A stretch of DNA of 61,738 bases, the filler included. It is 3 parts of 3 records of this genome, joined end to end, with 100 filler letters (N's around TTAATTAATTAA, not from the genome) between each part and the next. Parts side by side here need not be neighbours in the genome. Positions count along the whole stretch, not along the records: positions 21,610 to 40,635 come from SRR20825006_2937; positions 40,736 to 61,738 come from SRR20825006_2945; 1 more part is not named here. The stretch is one strand, 5' to 3'. Numbering within the stretch: the first letter of the stretch is position 1; each line of letters starts with the position of its first letter. A program made the translations under genes and the position numbers. Positions 37,678 through 46,811 of this stretch are shown in pieces. The notes beneath the pieces were generated by a model that was not told the origin of the DNA, did no database searches, and saw nothing but the letters and a program-made list of their open reading frames with translations.

Positions 37678-38499
37678 GTGAATAAAAATATTGTTTCCAC
37701 AACTTGGCTTGCTAAAAGAATAGATAATCCTAATCTTATTATTCTAGATGCTACATTTCCTTCTAAAGTTCCAATGGAGTTAGAAGGAAAGTGTATCAAA
37801 AATGCTCAGTATTTTGATTTAAAAAATGATTTTAGCAATCCAGAAGCAAGGTTTCCGAATACATTTCCTTCCATAGAAAAGTTTGAAAAAGGATGTAGAA
37901 AACTCGGAATTCATAAAAATAGTGACATTATTGTTTATGATATAGATGGTATTTATACGAGTCCTAGAGTTTGGTGGATGCTTAAAACTATAGGATTTGA
38001 CAATGTATATGTACTTAATGGAGGACTCACTAAATGGATAGCTGACGGATTTGAAGTAATTAACAACTATAAAACCGATGTAGCAACAAGTAATTTTAAA
38101 GCAGATTTTCTAAAAACAGATGCGCTGAGGAGTTATCTATTTATTAAAAAGCATATTTCTTTTGAAAAAACTATTACTATTGATGCAAGGTCTAAAGGAA
38201 GATTCAATAATACTGAAGACGATCCGCGGAAGGAATTAAAAAGTGGGGCTATTCCAAATTCTATCAATATTCCTTATTCTGAAATATTAAAAAATGGATG
38301 CTTTAAGTCTGAAGCTGAATTAGAGGTTGTTTTTAAACGCATTTCAGCAATAAACCCTTCAGAATTAGTTTTTTCCTGTGGTTCTGGAATTACTGCATGC
38401 ATAGTTTTATTAGCTTCTGAAGGTATCATAAACTGCAAAAAATCTATTTATGATGGCTCATGGACAGAATGGGCTACTTTGGAAGGACATTTAAAGTAG
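37678..38499 (+). CDS. Two-domain sulfurtransferase (SseA/3-mercaptopyruvate sulfurtransferase type)
   Basis: SPRVWWM, VLNGG, DARSKGRF, active-site CGSGITA, YDGSWTEW. Confidence 0.92.
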   Translation: MNKNIVSTTWLAKRIDNPNLIILDATFPSKVPMELEGKCIKNAQYFDLKNDFSNPEARFPNTFPSIEKFEKGCRKLGIHKNSDIIVYDIDGIYTSPRVWWMLKTIGFDNVYVLNGGLTKWIADGFEVINNYKTDVATSNFKADFLKTDALRSYLFIKKHISFEKTITIDARSKGRFNNTEDDPRKELKSGAIPNSINIPYSEILKNGCFKSEAELEVVFKRISAINPSELVFSCGSGITACIVLLASEGIINCKKSIYDGSWTEWATLEGHLK

Positions 38500-38525
38500 T
38501 TTTGGTGTTACCGCTAAATACCTTT

Positions 38526-38556
38526 AAAAAAGAGACTGTTTAGTAACAGCCTCTTT
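38526..38556 (-). terminator. Terminator between convergent sulfur operons
   Basis: Minus strand AAAGAGGCTGTT-ACTA-AACAGTCTCTTTTTT (one G-U pair). Confidence 0.8.
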
Positions 38557-38561
38557 AATAA

Positions 38562-38987
38562 TTATAAACTTACACTCAAAAATCCTTTTTTCTGAACTTG
38601 AAACGCGTATAAAATTCCATTTTCTTTCACATTAATACCGATAGGCAATTCTTCCTCTTTTACATTAAACTTCTGTAAAGAGAATCCACAGGCAAAAACT
38701 TTAATTTCATTTTTTAATAGTAAATCTAGATATGGATTCATAAGTTTTTTCTCCACCAATTGCTCTACTGCCTTTCCGCAGATAACCACATGAAATTCCC
38801 CATAACTATTCCCATCTTCTAATTTAAGTTTTTTAGCAGCTAAAGCTATTGGTTTTAGTTGCTCTATCTTTCTGGTTAAAACAAAATAGTTATGCAATAC
38901 ATCTTTCTCAACTTCTTGTGCATTTGCCATACTTCCTATAAAAGTTAGTATTATTATCAATCTTAAAATTATTACTTTTCTTATCAT
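38562..38987 (-). CDS. Secreted DsrE/F-like protein
   Basis: Signal peptide, FHVVICGKAV and VFACGFSL, NGI.Y..QKKG pattern. Confidence 0.8.
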   Translation of the reverse strand: MIRKVIILRLIIILTFIGSMANAQEVEKDVLHNYFVLTRKIEQLKPIALAAKKLKLEDGNSYGEFHVVICGKAVEQLVEKKLMNPYLDLLLKNEIKVFACGFSLQKFNVKEEELPIGINVKENGILYAFQVQKKGFLSVSL

Positions 38988-38988
38988 T

Positions 38989-40017
38989 TTATTTAATTAT
39001 TATTTCTTTTTCCCAAAAAATCCCACTAACATCAGTAAGAGTTAATGTATACTTTCCTTTTGAGAGTTGATTAAATTTATTATTATTCAAATTTATAGTA
39101 GCCTTAGCACCTAATGGTATTATTAAGCTATGCTTTCCTGGTTTTACCTTAGCGATATAGTAATTTTTAATTTGATCCTTTTTTAAAGCTGCTAATGCTT
39201 CGCCATTTATACGGTAAATGTCATTCTCATTACTATCTTTTAAAGAAACACTAATTAAAAATGAGCCGTAAACATCAACACCTTCCACTCTATAAACATC
39301 AAATACTAAACTAGATTCTTTAATAGATGCCTCATAAATCTCTACTTTAGGTTTCACAGATTTATTATGTAATGTTCCCCAGAGTCCTCCATGAAAGTAT
39401 TGATTAGTATAAAGCGTTATAAAAAGTATAATAAAAGCTCCCACTAATCCAATCCGCTTATAAACAACGAGGTTAATGGGCAACCTGCCCGATCCAATCC
39501 AATTCCAATACCTCCATTTAGTAATTCGGAATTCTTTTTTCATAAGATATTGGTCGAACGAAAAGTATCCGCTGCCACTCAAAAACAAAGTAAAGCCAGT
39601 TGCTATTCCTAAAACGCCAATTTGCCACTCGTCTAAGCATGTTGTACCAATCCATCCAGAACCAAGTAAAATCCCCATTGCCAAGCCAAAAACTCCTACA
39701 CTCATAGCGCGCGTAAATAACCCAAACATTATAAACAGCCCTACTATTCCTTCAATAATAGTAAAGCTCATCATTGCGAACCATAAATGATCTGGGTTTT
39801 CAACTAAAAACTGAATAATCGGCTTTATACCTAAGGCATTAGGAAGAAAATGATTAAACTTCTCCCCTATATATCCTGGAAGTTCTGGATCTAATTTATC
39901 CTTTAGTATTAATCGCCTCCAAAAGGCAGAAAAATATGTCCACCCTACCACCAAGCGTAGCGAGAGTGTAAAAAGTCCAGCCATAGAAAATGACTGCTTA
40001 TTAATTTTATTCATCAA
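38989..40017 (-). CDS. doxDA: Fused DoxD/DoxA thiosulfate:quinone oxidoreductase-like membrane protein
   Basis: LRLVVGWTYFSAFWRR, GSGWIGTTCLDEWQIG, C-terminal VYRVEGVDVYGSFL domain. Confidence 0.85.
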   Translation of the reverse strand: MMNKINKQSFSMAGLFTLSLRLVVGWTYFSAFWRRLILKDKLDPELPGYIGEKFNHFLPNALGIKPIIQFLVENPDHLWFAMMSFTIIEGIVGLFIMFGLFTRAMSVGVFGLAMGILLGSGWIGTTCLDEWQIGVLGIATGFTLFLSGSGYFSFDQYLMKKEFRITKWRYWNWIGSGRLPINLVVYKRIGLVGAFIILFITLYTNQYFHGGLWGTLHNKSVKPKVEIYEASIKESSLVFDVYRVEGVDVYGSFLISVSLKDSNENDIYRINGEALAALKKDQIKNYYIAKVKPGKHSLIIPLGAKATINLNNNKFNQLSKGKYTLTLTDVSGIFWEKEIIIK

Positions 40018-40155
40018 TTTAAATTTTGTGTTAGAATATTTTGCTTTCCTTATAAAAACAATTGCATAGGAAGACCAATATTCATCTCTAATTAACTTAA
40101 TAGAATAATTAGAAAGTCTTCCTGAGGAATAAAATCCTCTTCAAAATGCTGGTAT

Positions 40156-40605
40156 TTAAATAAGGTAAGTTTGCATATTCTCATACAAAATATACATAGG
40201 AACCCCTAAATGATTGTAACAATACAGTATTGAAGAATCAAATTTTCCATTTTGATTTCTTGCTGAAAAAGTAATCATAGAAAATTTGGAGAAATAAAGT
40301 TTAGTAAGTGCTATTTGTACTCTTTTAACCTTAGATATTCCTTCTTTATAATGCTTACTTATTGCTACGCATCTATTAAAGGTTTGTGCTGTTTTGCTTT
40401 TATTAAGCGTAGAAGTTTTTTCCAAACCTGCAAAATCCTGCATGGAGTTTCTAGCAGAACATGGAGAGCTTAAAAGTAAAATACTTAGCAGTATAAGCAC
40501 AAAATAATGTGCCTCAAATTTTATTTTATAGCCCTTTAACATCACTATCGCAAAAATAAGTTTATAAATAAGAATGATTGTTAAAAAATTCATATTTATA
40601 GACAT
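40156..40605 (-). CDS. Hypothetical protein
   Basis: 149-aa ORF co-oriented with doxDA, hydrophobic segment; start uncertain. Confidence 0.45.
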   Translation of the reverse strand: MSINMNFLTIILIYKLIFAIVMLKGYKIKFEAHYFVLILLSILLLSSPCSARNSMQDFAGLEKTSTLNKSKTAQTFNRCVAISKHYKEGISKVKRVQIALTKLYFSKFSMITFSARNQNGKFDSSILYCYNHLGVPMYILYENMQTYLI

Positions 40606-40635
40606 ATATGTCCGAGTAAAAATACAAGACCGCTT

Positions 40636-40735
40636 NNNNNNNNNNNNNNNNNNNNNNNNNNNNNNNNNNNNNNNNNNNNTTAATTAATTAANNNNNNNNN
40701 NNNNNNNNNNNNNNNNNNNNNNNNNNNNNNNNNNN
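40636..40735. other. Artificial contig spacer
   Basis: N44 + TTAATTAATTAA + N44, identical to the first spacer. Confidence 0.98.
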
Positions 40736-41723
40736 GATCCGCTTGCTGCATGATGCGGCCCGCGCGGCCAATGTGCCGCTAGTGCAGGCCACACGCGAGC
40801 TGATCGAAACCGACGAGCTGAAGCCAAAACAGCGCTCCACCTTGCGCGGGCTATTGAGCCAATTTGATGAATGGGCCATGCGGTTGCAAACTTTGCCCCA
40901 TTCTGAAGTGGCCGAAGCAATTTTGGATGAAAGCGGCTACACACAGATGTGGCAAAACGACAAATCTGCTGACGCGCCGGGGCGGTTGGAAAACCTAAAA
41001 GAACTCATCCGCTCTATGGAAGAGTTCGAAACGCTGGGTGGCTTTTTGGAACATATCGCCTTGGTGATGGATCGCGATAGCGCCGATGCGGACGATGCCG
41101 TTTCCATCATGACTCTGCACGCTGCCAAAGGCTTGGAGTTCGACACCGTGTTCCTGCCCGGTTGGGAAGAAGGCTTGTTCCCGCACCAGCGGGCACTGGA
41201 TGAAGCCGGAAAATCTGGCCTAGAAGAAGAACGTCGCCTCGCCTATGTGGGCATCACCCGCGCGCGCAAACGCGCCAAACTGAGCCTAGCGCAAAACAGA
41301 CGTATTCACGGCCTGTGGCAATCGGCTATTCCCTCACGGTTCCTCGATGAACTACCCGCCGACGTGGTGGAGGTGAAAGACACCGGTTCTTCCTATGGTG
41401 GCATCAATTATGGTGGCCGCGACCAAGCCACTAAATTTGATCGGCGCGACCCGTTTGAAAGCGTTTATGAAACCCCCGGTTGGCAACGCGCCCAGCGGCA
41501 ACATAAATCGCGCAGCTTTGACCGTGGCCCCACCATTGAAGGCGAATTGGTGGCCCGTTCAACCAACACCGCCTCTTCATCTCGCTATAAGGTGGGCGAC
41601 AAGGTGCTGCACCTTAAATTCGGCGAAGGCACCGTGGCCGCTGTCGATGGCAACAAACTCAGCATTGACTTTGCCTCCGTTGGCCGCAAGAAAGTGCTGG
41701 AAAGCTTTATTCAAAAACCGTGA
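40736..41723 (+). CDS. uvrD: UvrD/PcrA superfamily I DNA helicase (5'-truncated)
   Basis: MTLHAAKGLEF, EEERRLAYVGITRA, PSRFLDELP, C-terminal GDKVLHLKFGEG Tudor-like domain. Confidence 0.94.
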
Positions 41724-41734
41724 GACCTTAATCC

Positions 41735-42601
41735 ATGTCACTGAACCAGATCAGCGTGCCCCTAACCAAAGAAGAAGCCTATAAGCTGGTCGATGCGGTC
41801 AGTGAGCTGGAAGATATGGCTCTTTCCGCTGTTGCCTATGAAGGCCCAGACGGCGAACATTGGGTGTTTGAAGCCACATGCGATGAAAAGCCGGACATTG
41901 AAAAGTTTAACGCGCTGGCCAGGCAGGTTTTGGGCGATGATGTTGAATTTGAAGTCGCCCCCGTACCCGAAAAAGATTGGGTCGCCCATTCGCTGGAAGG
42001 CCTTAAGCCCGTTGAGGCTGGTGGTTTTTTTGTACATGGCTCACATGATGATGCACCAAGCGATCAGAACGTGATCCCGATCAAAATTGATGCAGGCCAA
42101 GCCTTTGGCACTGGACATCACGAAACCACATCCGGCTGCCTCGCTGCGCTTGATCTCTATTTGCAAGACAATAAGCCGGAAGCCATTTTGGATTTGGGCA
42201 CAGGTACGGGCATTCTGGCCATCGCTGCCGCCAAGCGCACCGACTTGAATATTCTGGCCACTGACATTGACCCGAAAGCGGTTGAAGTCACCGTCGAAAA
42301 TGCTGAGATCAATGGCGTATTGGATCAAATCATCGCCGAAACGGCGGACGGGTTTGATCACCCCATCTTTGCCGAGCATGGCCCATTTGATCTGATAATG
42401 GCCAATATTTTGGCTGGGCCGCTAATTGAGTTGGCACCGCAATTGGTGGCACAGGCCAAATCCGGCGCCACCATCATTTTGGCAGGTCTACTAACGCGGC
42501 AAGCGGAAGATGTGATTGCAGCCTATACCGCACAAAAAACAACCCTCCTCGCGCAAAGCGAGAAGGGTGATTGGTCTATTCTAACACTGAAAGCCAGCTA
42601 A
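41735..42601 (+). CDS. prmA: Ribosomal protein L11 methyltransferase
   Basis: AGQAFGTGHHETT, LDLGTGTGILAIAA, ANILAGPL. Confidence 0.94.
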   Translation: MSLNQISVPLTKEEAYKLVDAVSELEDMALSAVAYEGPDGEHWVFEATCDEKPDIEKFNALARQVLGDDVEFEVAPVPEKDWVAHSLEGLKPVEAGGFFVHGSHDDAPSDQNVIPIKIDAGQAFGTGHHETTSGCLAALDLYLQDNKPEAILDLGTGTGILAIAAAKRTDLNILATDIDPKAVEVTVENAEINGVLDQIIAETADGFDHPIFAEHGPFDLIMANILAGPLIELAPQLVAQAKSGATIILAGLLTRQAEDVIAAYTAQKTTLLAQSEKGDWSILTLKAS

Positions 42602-42610
42602 GCTGGCTTT
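42590..42610. terminator. Hairpin at the convergent prmA / small-ORF junction
   Basis: AAAGCCAGC-TAA-GCTGGCTTT overlapping the prmA stop. Confidence 0.7.
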
Positions 42611-42618
42611 TAGGCTTC

Positions 42619-42768
42619 TTAGAAGCCGTTTGTGTGGTCGTATGAACCAAGAAGATTGCGGTAAGATTGTGTAGCCACAAACTTCTGCTCTTCGCGGTGG
42701 TCATAAAAACCACGTGTGTTGGATACTGCGCTCACAATATTACGGAAAAAGCTTTTTTTCTCAGACAT
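42619..42768 (-). CDS. Small protein, 49 aa (MSEKKSFFRNIVSAV...), not in the ORF track
   Basis: Hand-translated; TAGGTG RBS-like sequence 6 nt upstream; shares an FRN N-terminal motif with the adjacent small ORF. Confidence 0.65.
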   Translation of the reverse strand: MSEKKSFFRNIVSAVSNTRGFYDHREEQKFVATQSYRNLLGSYDHTNGF

Positions 42769-42806
42769 TTTAAACACCTAGCTCTATTTGGGCCTCTGCC
42801 CAGTTA

Positions 42807-42926
42807 TTATTTATAGTCGCGACCGTTTGCGTTAAGGAACTGTGCGATTTGGCGCTCGGCTTGCTTTGAACGTGCAGCCACCATCGCGTCAAACATATTA
42901 CGGAAAAGACCTGCTTTATGTGTCAT
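42807..42926 (-). CDS. Small basic protein, 39 aa (MTHKAGLFRNMFDAM...)
   Basis: Strong AAAGGAG RBS 7 nt before ATG 42926; amphipathic helix pattern. Confidence 0.75.
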   Translation of the reverse strand: MTHKAGLFRNMFDAMVAARSKQAERQIAQFLNANGRDYK

Positions 42927-43029
42927 CGTATTTCTCCTTTGCAAATCGGATGCACCCACTTGCATCTCGCGATCTGTTGACACAATGTAGCGCAGCAAAA
43001 AAATTTTAGTAGACCCTGCTTTCGCACTA

Positions 43030-43054
43030 CAGCCATGCAAAAAAAGCATGGCTG
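43030..43054. promoter_or_regulatory. LysR-type operator palindrome
   Basis: CAGCCATGC-A7-GCATGGCTG, a perfect 9-bp inverted repeat containing T-N11-A, about 100 nt upstream of the small ORFs. Confidence 0.65.
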
Positions 43055-43106
43055 CGCCCATTTTAGCAGCCTCCTATGCACGCTTTATCAAAGGACAATG
43101 GTGACC

Positions 43107-44924
43107 ATGTCAGCCAATGCAAAAACAAACAGATTTCAAACGTTCGAAGAGCGCACCAACCCCGACCTTGTTGCGCCGCGCGTAAATGCCCTTCGGGATC
43201 AGCTTAAAACAAACAATATTGATGCCTTTTTGGTACCACGTGCCGATGCCCATCGCGGTGAGAATGTGCCGGCAGGCGATGAGCGCTTGGCCTATATCTC
43301 TAGTTTCACCGGCTCAGCAGGCACCGCAATTGTTGGGACTGAAAAAGCCGCACTGGTCGTAGATGGACGCTACACATTGCAGGCCCCAAAGCAGACTGAC
43401 ACCAAAATCTTCGAAATTGTTGATCTAAGCCCAACGGCAACGGCAGACTGGCTGATCGCCAATCTGAAAAAGGGCGATAAGGTCGGCTATGATGGCTGGC
43501 TACATACGCCAAAAGAAATCGAAACACTTGATGCCAAGCTGGCAAAAGCAAGCATTGAATTGGTGGAAGTCAGCAACATGGTTGATGCGATCTGGAAAGA
43601 TCGCCCTGCCCCGCCGACTAATGATATTTATACATTGGACGATGCCCAAACCGGCAAATCTGCTGCAGACAAACTCACCGACTTGCAAAAGCAAATGGCA
43701 GAAAAAAATGCCGACTACTTGGTGCTGACCCTGCCCGAGTCTACCAACTGGCTGTTAAATATCCGTGGCAGCGATATTTCCAACACGCCAGTCAGCCTTG
43801 GCTTTGCCATCGTGCCACAACAAGGCGTCACCCGCTTTTTCGTTCAGCCGGAAAAGATCAATCCAGTCATCCAAGCTGAATTGAGTGACGTGACGGTGCT
43901 GGAACCCATTGAGGAGCTTGAAGAAGCCCTCACCTCCACCACCACAGATTCTGTTTGGTTTGATGATGCAACGGCGCCGATCAAGTTGGTGAATATTGCC
44001 AAATCCGTTGGCGCGACCATCATCAACGACAAAGATCCAATCGTGATTGCCAAGGCGCGTAAAAACCCTGCCGAAGTGGAAGGCATGAAAGCCGCTCAAA
44101 CTTCAGACGCAGTCGCCATGGCGCGTTTTCTGTCTTGGCTGGATGCAGAAGCGCCGAAAGGCAAGCTCACCGAAACTGAGATTGTGGAGAAGCTGGAAGA
44201 TTGTCGCCGCCAATCCAACGAGCTGCTCGACATCAGCTTCGAAACCATTTCCGGCTCCGGCCCAAATGGCGCGATCGTGCATTATCGGGTCACCGAAAAC
44301 ACCAATCGCACCCTTAATCCCGGCGAACTGATGCTGGTGGATAGTGGCGGCCAATATCGCAATGGCACCACGGACATCACCCGCACCATGGCCACCGGCG
44401 AAACAACGCCGGATCAACGCAAGCATTTCACATTGGTGCTTAAAGGCATGATCGCCCTCAGCCGTGTGCATTTCCACAAAGGCGCAACTGGCGCACATTT
44501 GGATGTTTTAGCGCGCCAATTCCTTTGGAATGAAGGATTGAACTATCTGCATGGCACGGGCCATGGCGTGGGCGCGTTATTGGGCGTGCATGAGGGGCCG
44601 TGCGGCATTTCGCACGTCAACCACAATGTGTTGGAAGAAGGCAATATCCTCTCCAACGAGCCAGGCTTCTACCTTGAAGGTGAATATGGCATCCGCATAG
44701 AAAATCTGATCATGGTGGTGCCGAGCGAAAAGAATGAGAAGTTCTTAAAGTTTGAAACCCTCACCTACACGCCAATCGATCTGCGCCTCATCGATAAGGA
44801 CCTGATGACACCAGAAGAAATTGAATGGCTCAATGATTATCACCAGCAATGCTATGACTTGATTGCTGACCGTCTTGAAGATGACAAGAAAGAATGGTTG
44901 AAGCAGGCAACGCGCGCCATCTAA
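43107..44924 (+). CDS. Xaa-Pro aminopeptidase (aminopeptidase P, M24)
   Basis: FTGSAG, DGRY, DSGGQY..GTTDITRT, HGTGHGVG, HEGP, SNEPGFY, GIRIEN; start 43107 or 43098. Confidence 0.94.
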   Translation: MSANAKTNRFQTFEERTNPDLVAPRVNALRDQLKTNNIDAFLVPRADAHRGENVPAGDERLAYISSFTGSAGTAIVGTEKAALVVDGRYTLQAPKQTDTKIFEIVDLSPTATADWLIANLKKGDKVGYDGWLHTPKEIETLDAKLAKASIELVEVSNMVDAIWKDRPAPPTNDIYTLDDAQTGKSAADKLTDLQKQMAEKNADYLVLTLPESTNWLLNIRGSDISNTPVSLGFAIVPQQGVTRFFVQPEKINPVIQAELSDVTVLEPIEELEEALTSTTTDSVWFDDATAPIKLVNIAKSVGATIINDKDPIVIAKARKNPAEVEGMKAAQTSDAVAMARFLSWLDAEAPKGKLTETEIVEKLEDCRRQSNELLDISFETISGSGPNGAIVHYRVTENTNRTLNPGELMLVDSGGQYRNGTTDITRTMATGETTPDQRKHFTLVLKGMIALSRVHFHKGATGAHLDVLARQFLWNEGLNYLHGTGHGVGALLGVHEGPCGISHVNHNVLEEGNILSNEPGFYLEGEYGIRIENLIMVVPSEKNEKFLKFETLTYTPIDLRLIDKDLMTPEEIEWLNDYHQQCYDLIADRLEDDKKEWLKQATRAI

Positions 44925-44968
44925 CATCAAAATCAAGGCACGCATAATTTTCCGCAACGGACCTATCT

Positions 44969-46150
44969 ATGCGTGCCTTATTCGAAATATTCAGCATCTT
45001 CCTCAAACTGGGCCTCACCTCTTTTGGCGGCCCAGTGGCTCATTTGGGCTATTTCCGCACTGAATTTGTGGGCAAACGCAAATGGCTAGATGATGCGCAA
45101 TATGCGGACTTGGTGGCCCTGTGTCAGTTTCTGCCCGGCCCTGCCAGCTCGCAAGTGGGCTTTGCCATCGGCGTACAGCGCGGCGGCATTATGGGCGGCA
45201 TCGCAGCATTCCTTGGATTCACGCTACCGTCTATCTTCCTCCTGTTAGGCTTTGCAGCCATTATCCCGGTGCTTCAGGGCGATATGGGGCAAGGTCTTAT
45301 TCGCGGACTGAAACTGATCGCCGTGGCGATTGTCGCCCACGCGGTGCTGGGCATGGCTCAAAGCCTCGCCAACACCACCCGCAAAGCAATCATAGCTGTA
45401 GGCGCGTTAATCCTTTGCCTGTTGCTCACTGGCTTTGTGGGACAAATCTTTGCCATCATACTCGGCGCAATCATCGGCTATCTGATTTTGGAAGCCCCTG
45501 CACCCGCCACAGAAAACAATACAGTCCAAACGCGCTTCGCGTCACGTCACGCGATCGCGATCGCCAGCTTCTTCATCTTGCTTGTTGCCTTGCCCGTTCT
45601 CGCCGCAAGCACGAACCAAACCTCATTCGCATTGGCCGATATTTTCTATCGCGCAGGTGCACTGGTGTTTGGCGGCGGCCATGTGGTGTTGCCGCTGTTG
45701 CAAGCTGAAATGGTGCCCAACCTGATGGATCAAAATCTATTCCTCGCCGGTTATAGCGCCACCCAAGCCCTACCCGGCCCGATCTTTTCATTTGCCAGCT
45801 ATTTGGGCGCAATGGCCAGCGACACACCATTACTTGGTGTGCTGATTGGCGCCACCGCCATCTTCGTCCCGGGCTTTTTGCTCACCTATGGCGCCCTTCC
45901 AATATGGCAAGGACTGCGGACCAACCAAATCGCCCGCAAAGCATTGCTCGGCACCAATGCAGCAGTGGTTGGCTTGCTTGCGGCTGCCCTGATCAATCCC
46001 ATTGCGATACAAGCCCTTACCCAACCAATAGATTGGGCTATTGCCGTGATTGGCTTTGCGATCCTCTGGCAGCTAAAATGGCCCGCATGGATGCTGGTGT
46101 TGGCTGGCGGCGCGACTGGTGTATTGCTTGCCTTTATTGGGCTTTATTGA
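44969..46150 (+). CDS. chrA: Chromate efflux transporter
   Basis: SFGGPVAH, CQFLPGPASSQ, VFGGGHVVLPLL, ALPGP duplicated-domain motifs. Confidence 0.92.
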   Translation: MRALFEIFSIFLKLGLTSFGGPVAHLGYFRTEFVGKRKWLDDAQYADLVALCQFLPGPASSQVGFAIGVQRGGIMGGIAAFLGFTLPSIFLLLGFAAIIPVLQGDMGQGLIRGLKLIAVAIVAHAVLGMAQSLANTTRKAIIAVGALILCLLLTGFVGQIFAIILGAIIGYLILEAPAPATENNTVQTRFASRHAIAIASFFILLVALPVLAASTNQTSFALADIFYRAGALVFGGGHVVLPLLQAEMVPNLMDQNLFLAGYSATQALPGPIFSFASYLGAMASDTPLLGVLIGATAIFVPGFLLTYGALPIWQGLRTNQIARKALLGTNAAVVGLLAAALINPIAIQALTQPIDWAIAVIGFAILWQLKWPAWMLVLAGGATGVLLAFIGLY

Positions 46151-46460
46151 GCTGCGTTTCGCGCAAATAGAGATAGAGCGGCAACCCTAGCGACAGGCCA
46201 ACAAATGAGCAGGCTGGCAAAACCAGCCACCAGTTTCGAATGCCCTGCTCCCGCGAATCCCAAAATGACCAAACCCAAAACAGGGCAATGCACAGCAAAA
46301 CATCCGTGCTGAATCCGGCCGCAAGCCCGTTGGCCATAAACAGGCTCTGGATATATTGGCCAATATCAAAACCGGTTTGGGCAAAATATGGCCCGAAAAA
46401 CAGCCACGGCAAAACAGTGCCCAGCACCATCATCACAATATAGAAATTTTCTTTGGTCAT
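46134..46460 (-). CDS. Small membrane protein (DUF2834-like)
   Basis: GTVLPW, AN..AAGFS.D, VGLSLGLPLYLYLRE. Confidence 0.8.
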   Translation of the reverse strand: MTKENFYIVMMVLGTVLPWLFFGPYFAQTGFDIGQYIQSLFMANGLAAGFSTDVLLCIALFWVWSFWDSREQGIRNWWLVLPACSFVGLSLGLPLYLYLRETQLNKAQ

Positions 46461-46490
46461 AAGGACTTATCCCAAGGAGTAGAATCAATC

Positions 46491-46811
46491 CTAGAATAGA
46501 CCAAATACGCTCCGCAGTGCCACGACGGAGATAACGCCCACCACAACGACCGCCCAAAGCGGGAGGCGAAACGCCACCAAAAGCGTAATCAGCGCGGCGA
46601 GGCTTTCAGCCGGGCCAGTGGCCAAGATGGTCGGTGCGATTACCGCCATTAACACGGCGGCTGGCACTGCCTCCAAGGCAGCCCGGGCCCGCCCTTCGAT
46701 GGTGAAAAACCGTACAATCACCAAACCCGCCACACGGGTGAAATAAGTCACCAGCCCCATACCTAGAATGGTGGCCAGAACCATTGGGTCAACGCTAAAC
46801 ACTTCAGCCAC
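46491..46811 (-). CDS. azlD: AzlD family membrane protein
   Basis: ILGMGLVTYFTR, LEAVPAAVL.AVIAP; GTG start overlaps the azlC end. Confidence 0.85.
   Translation of the reverse strand: MAEVFSVDPMVLATILGMGLVTYFTRVAGLVIVRFFTIEGRARAALEAVPAAVLMAVIAPTILATGPAESLAALITLLVAFRLPLWAVVVVGVISVVALRSVFGLF

Noticed and set aside
21610-40635. AT-rich segment as a horizontally acquired island
   Set aside because: It is bounded by artificial spacers, begins mid-gene and carries Bacteroidota housekeeping genes, so it is a separate organism's contig
40684-40944. ORFs containing X runs
   Set aside because: They read into the N spacer and are antisense to uvrD
45121-45708. 195-aa alternative-frame ORF within chrA
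   Set aside because: Arg/Cys-rich shadow frame with no motif
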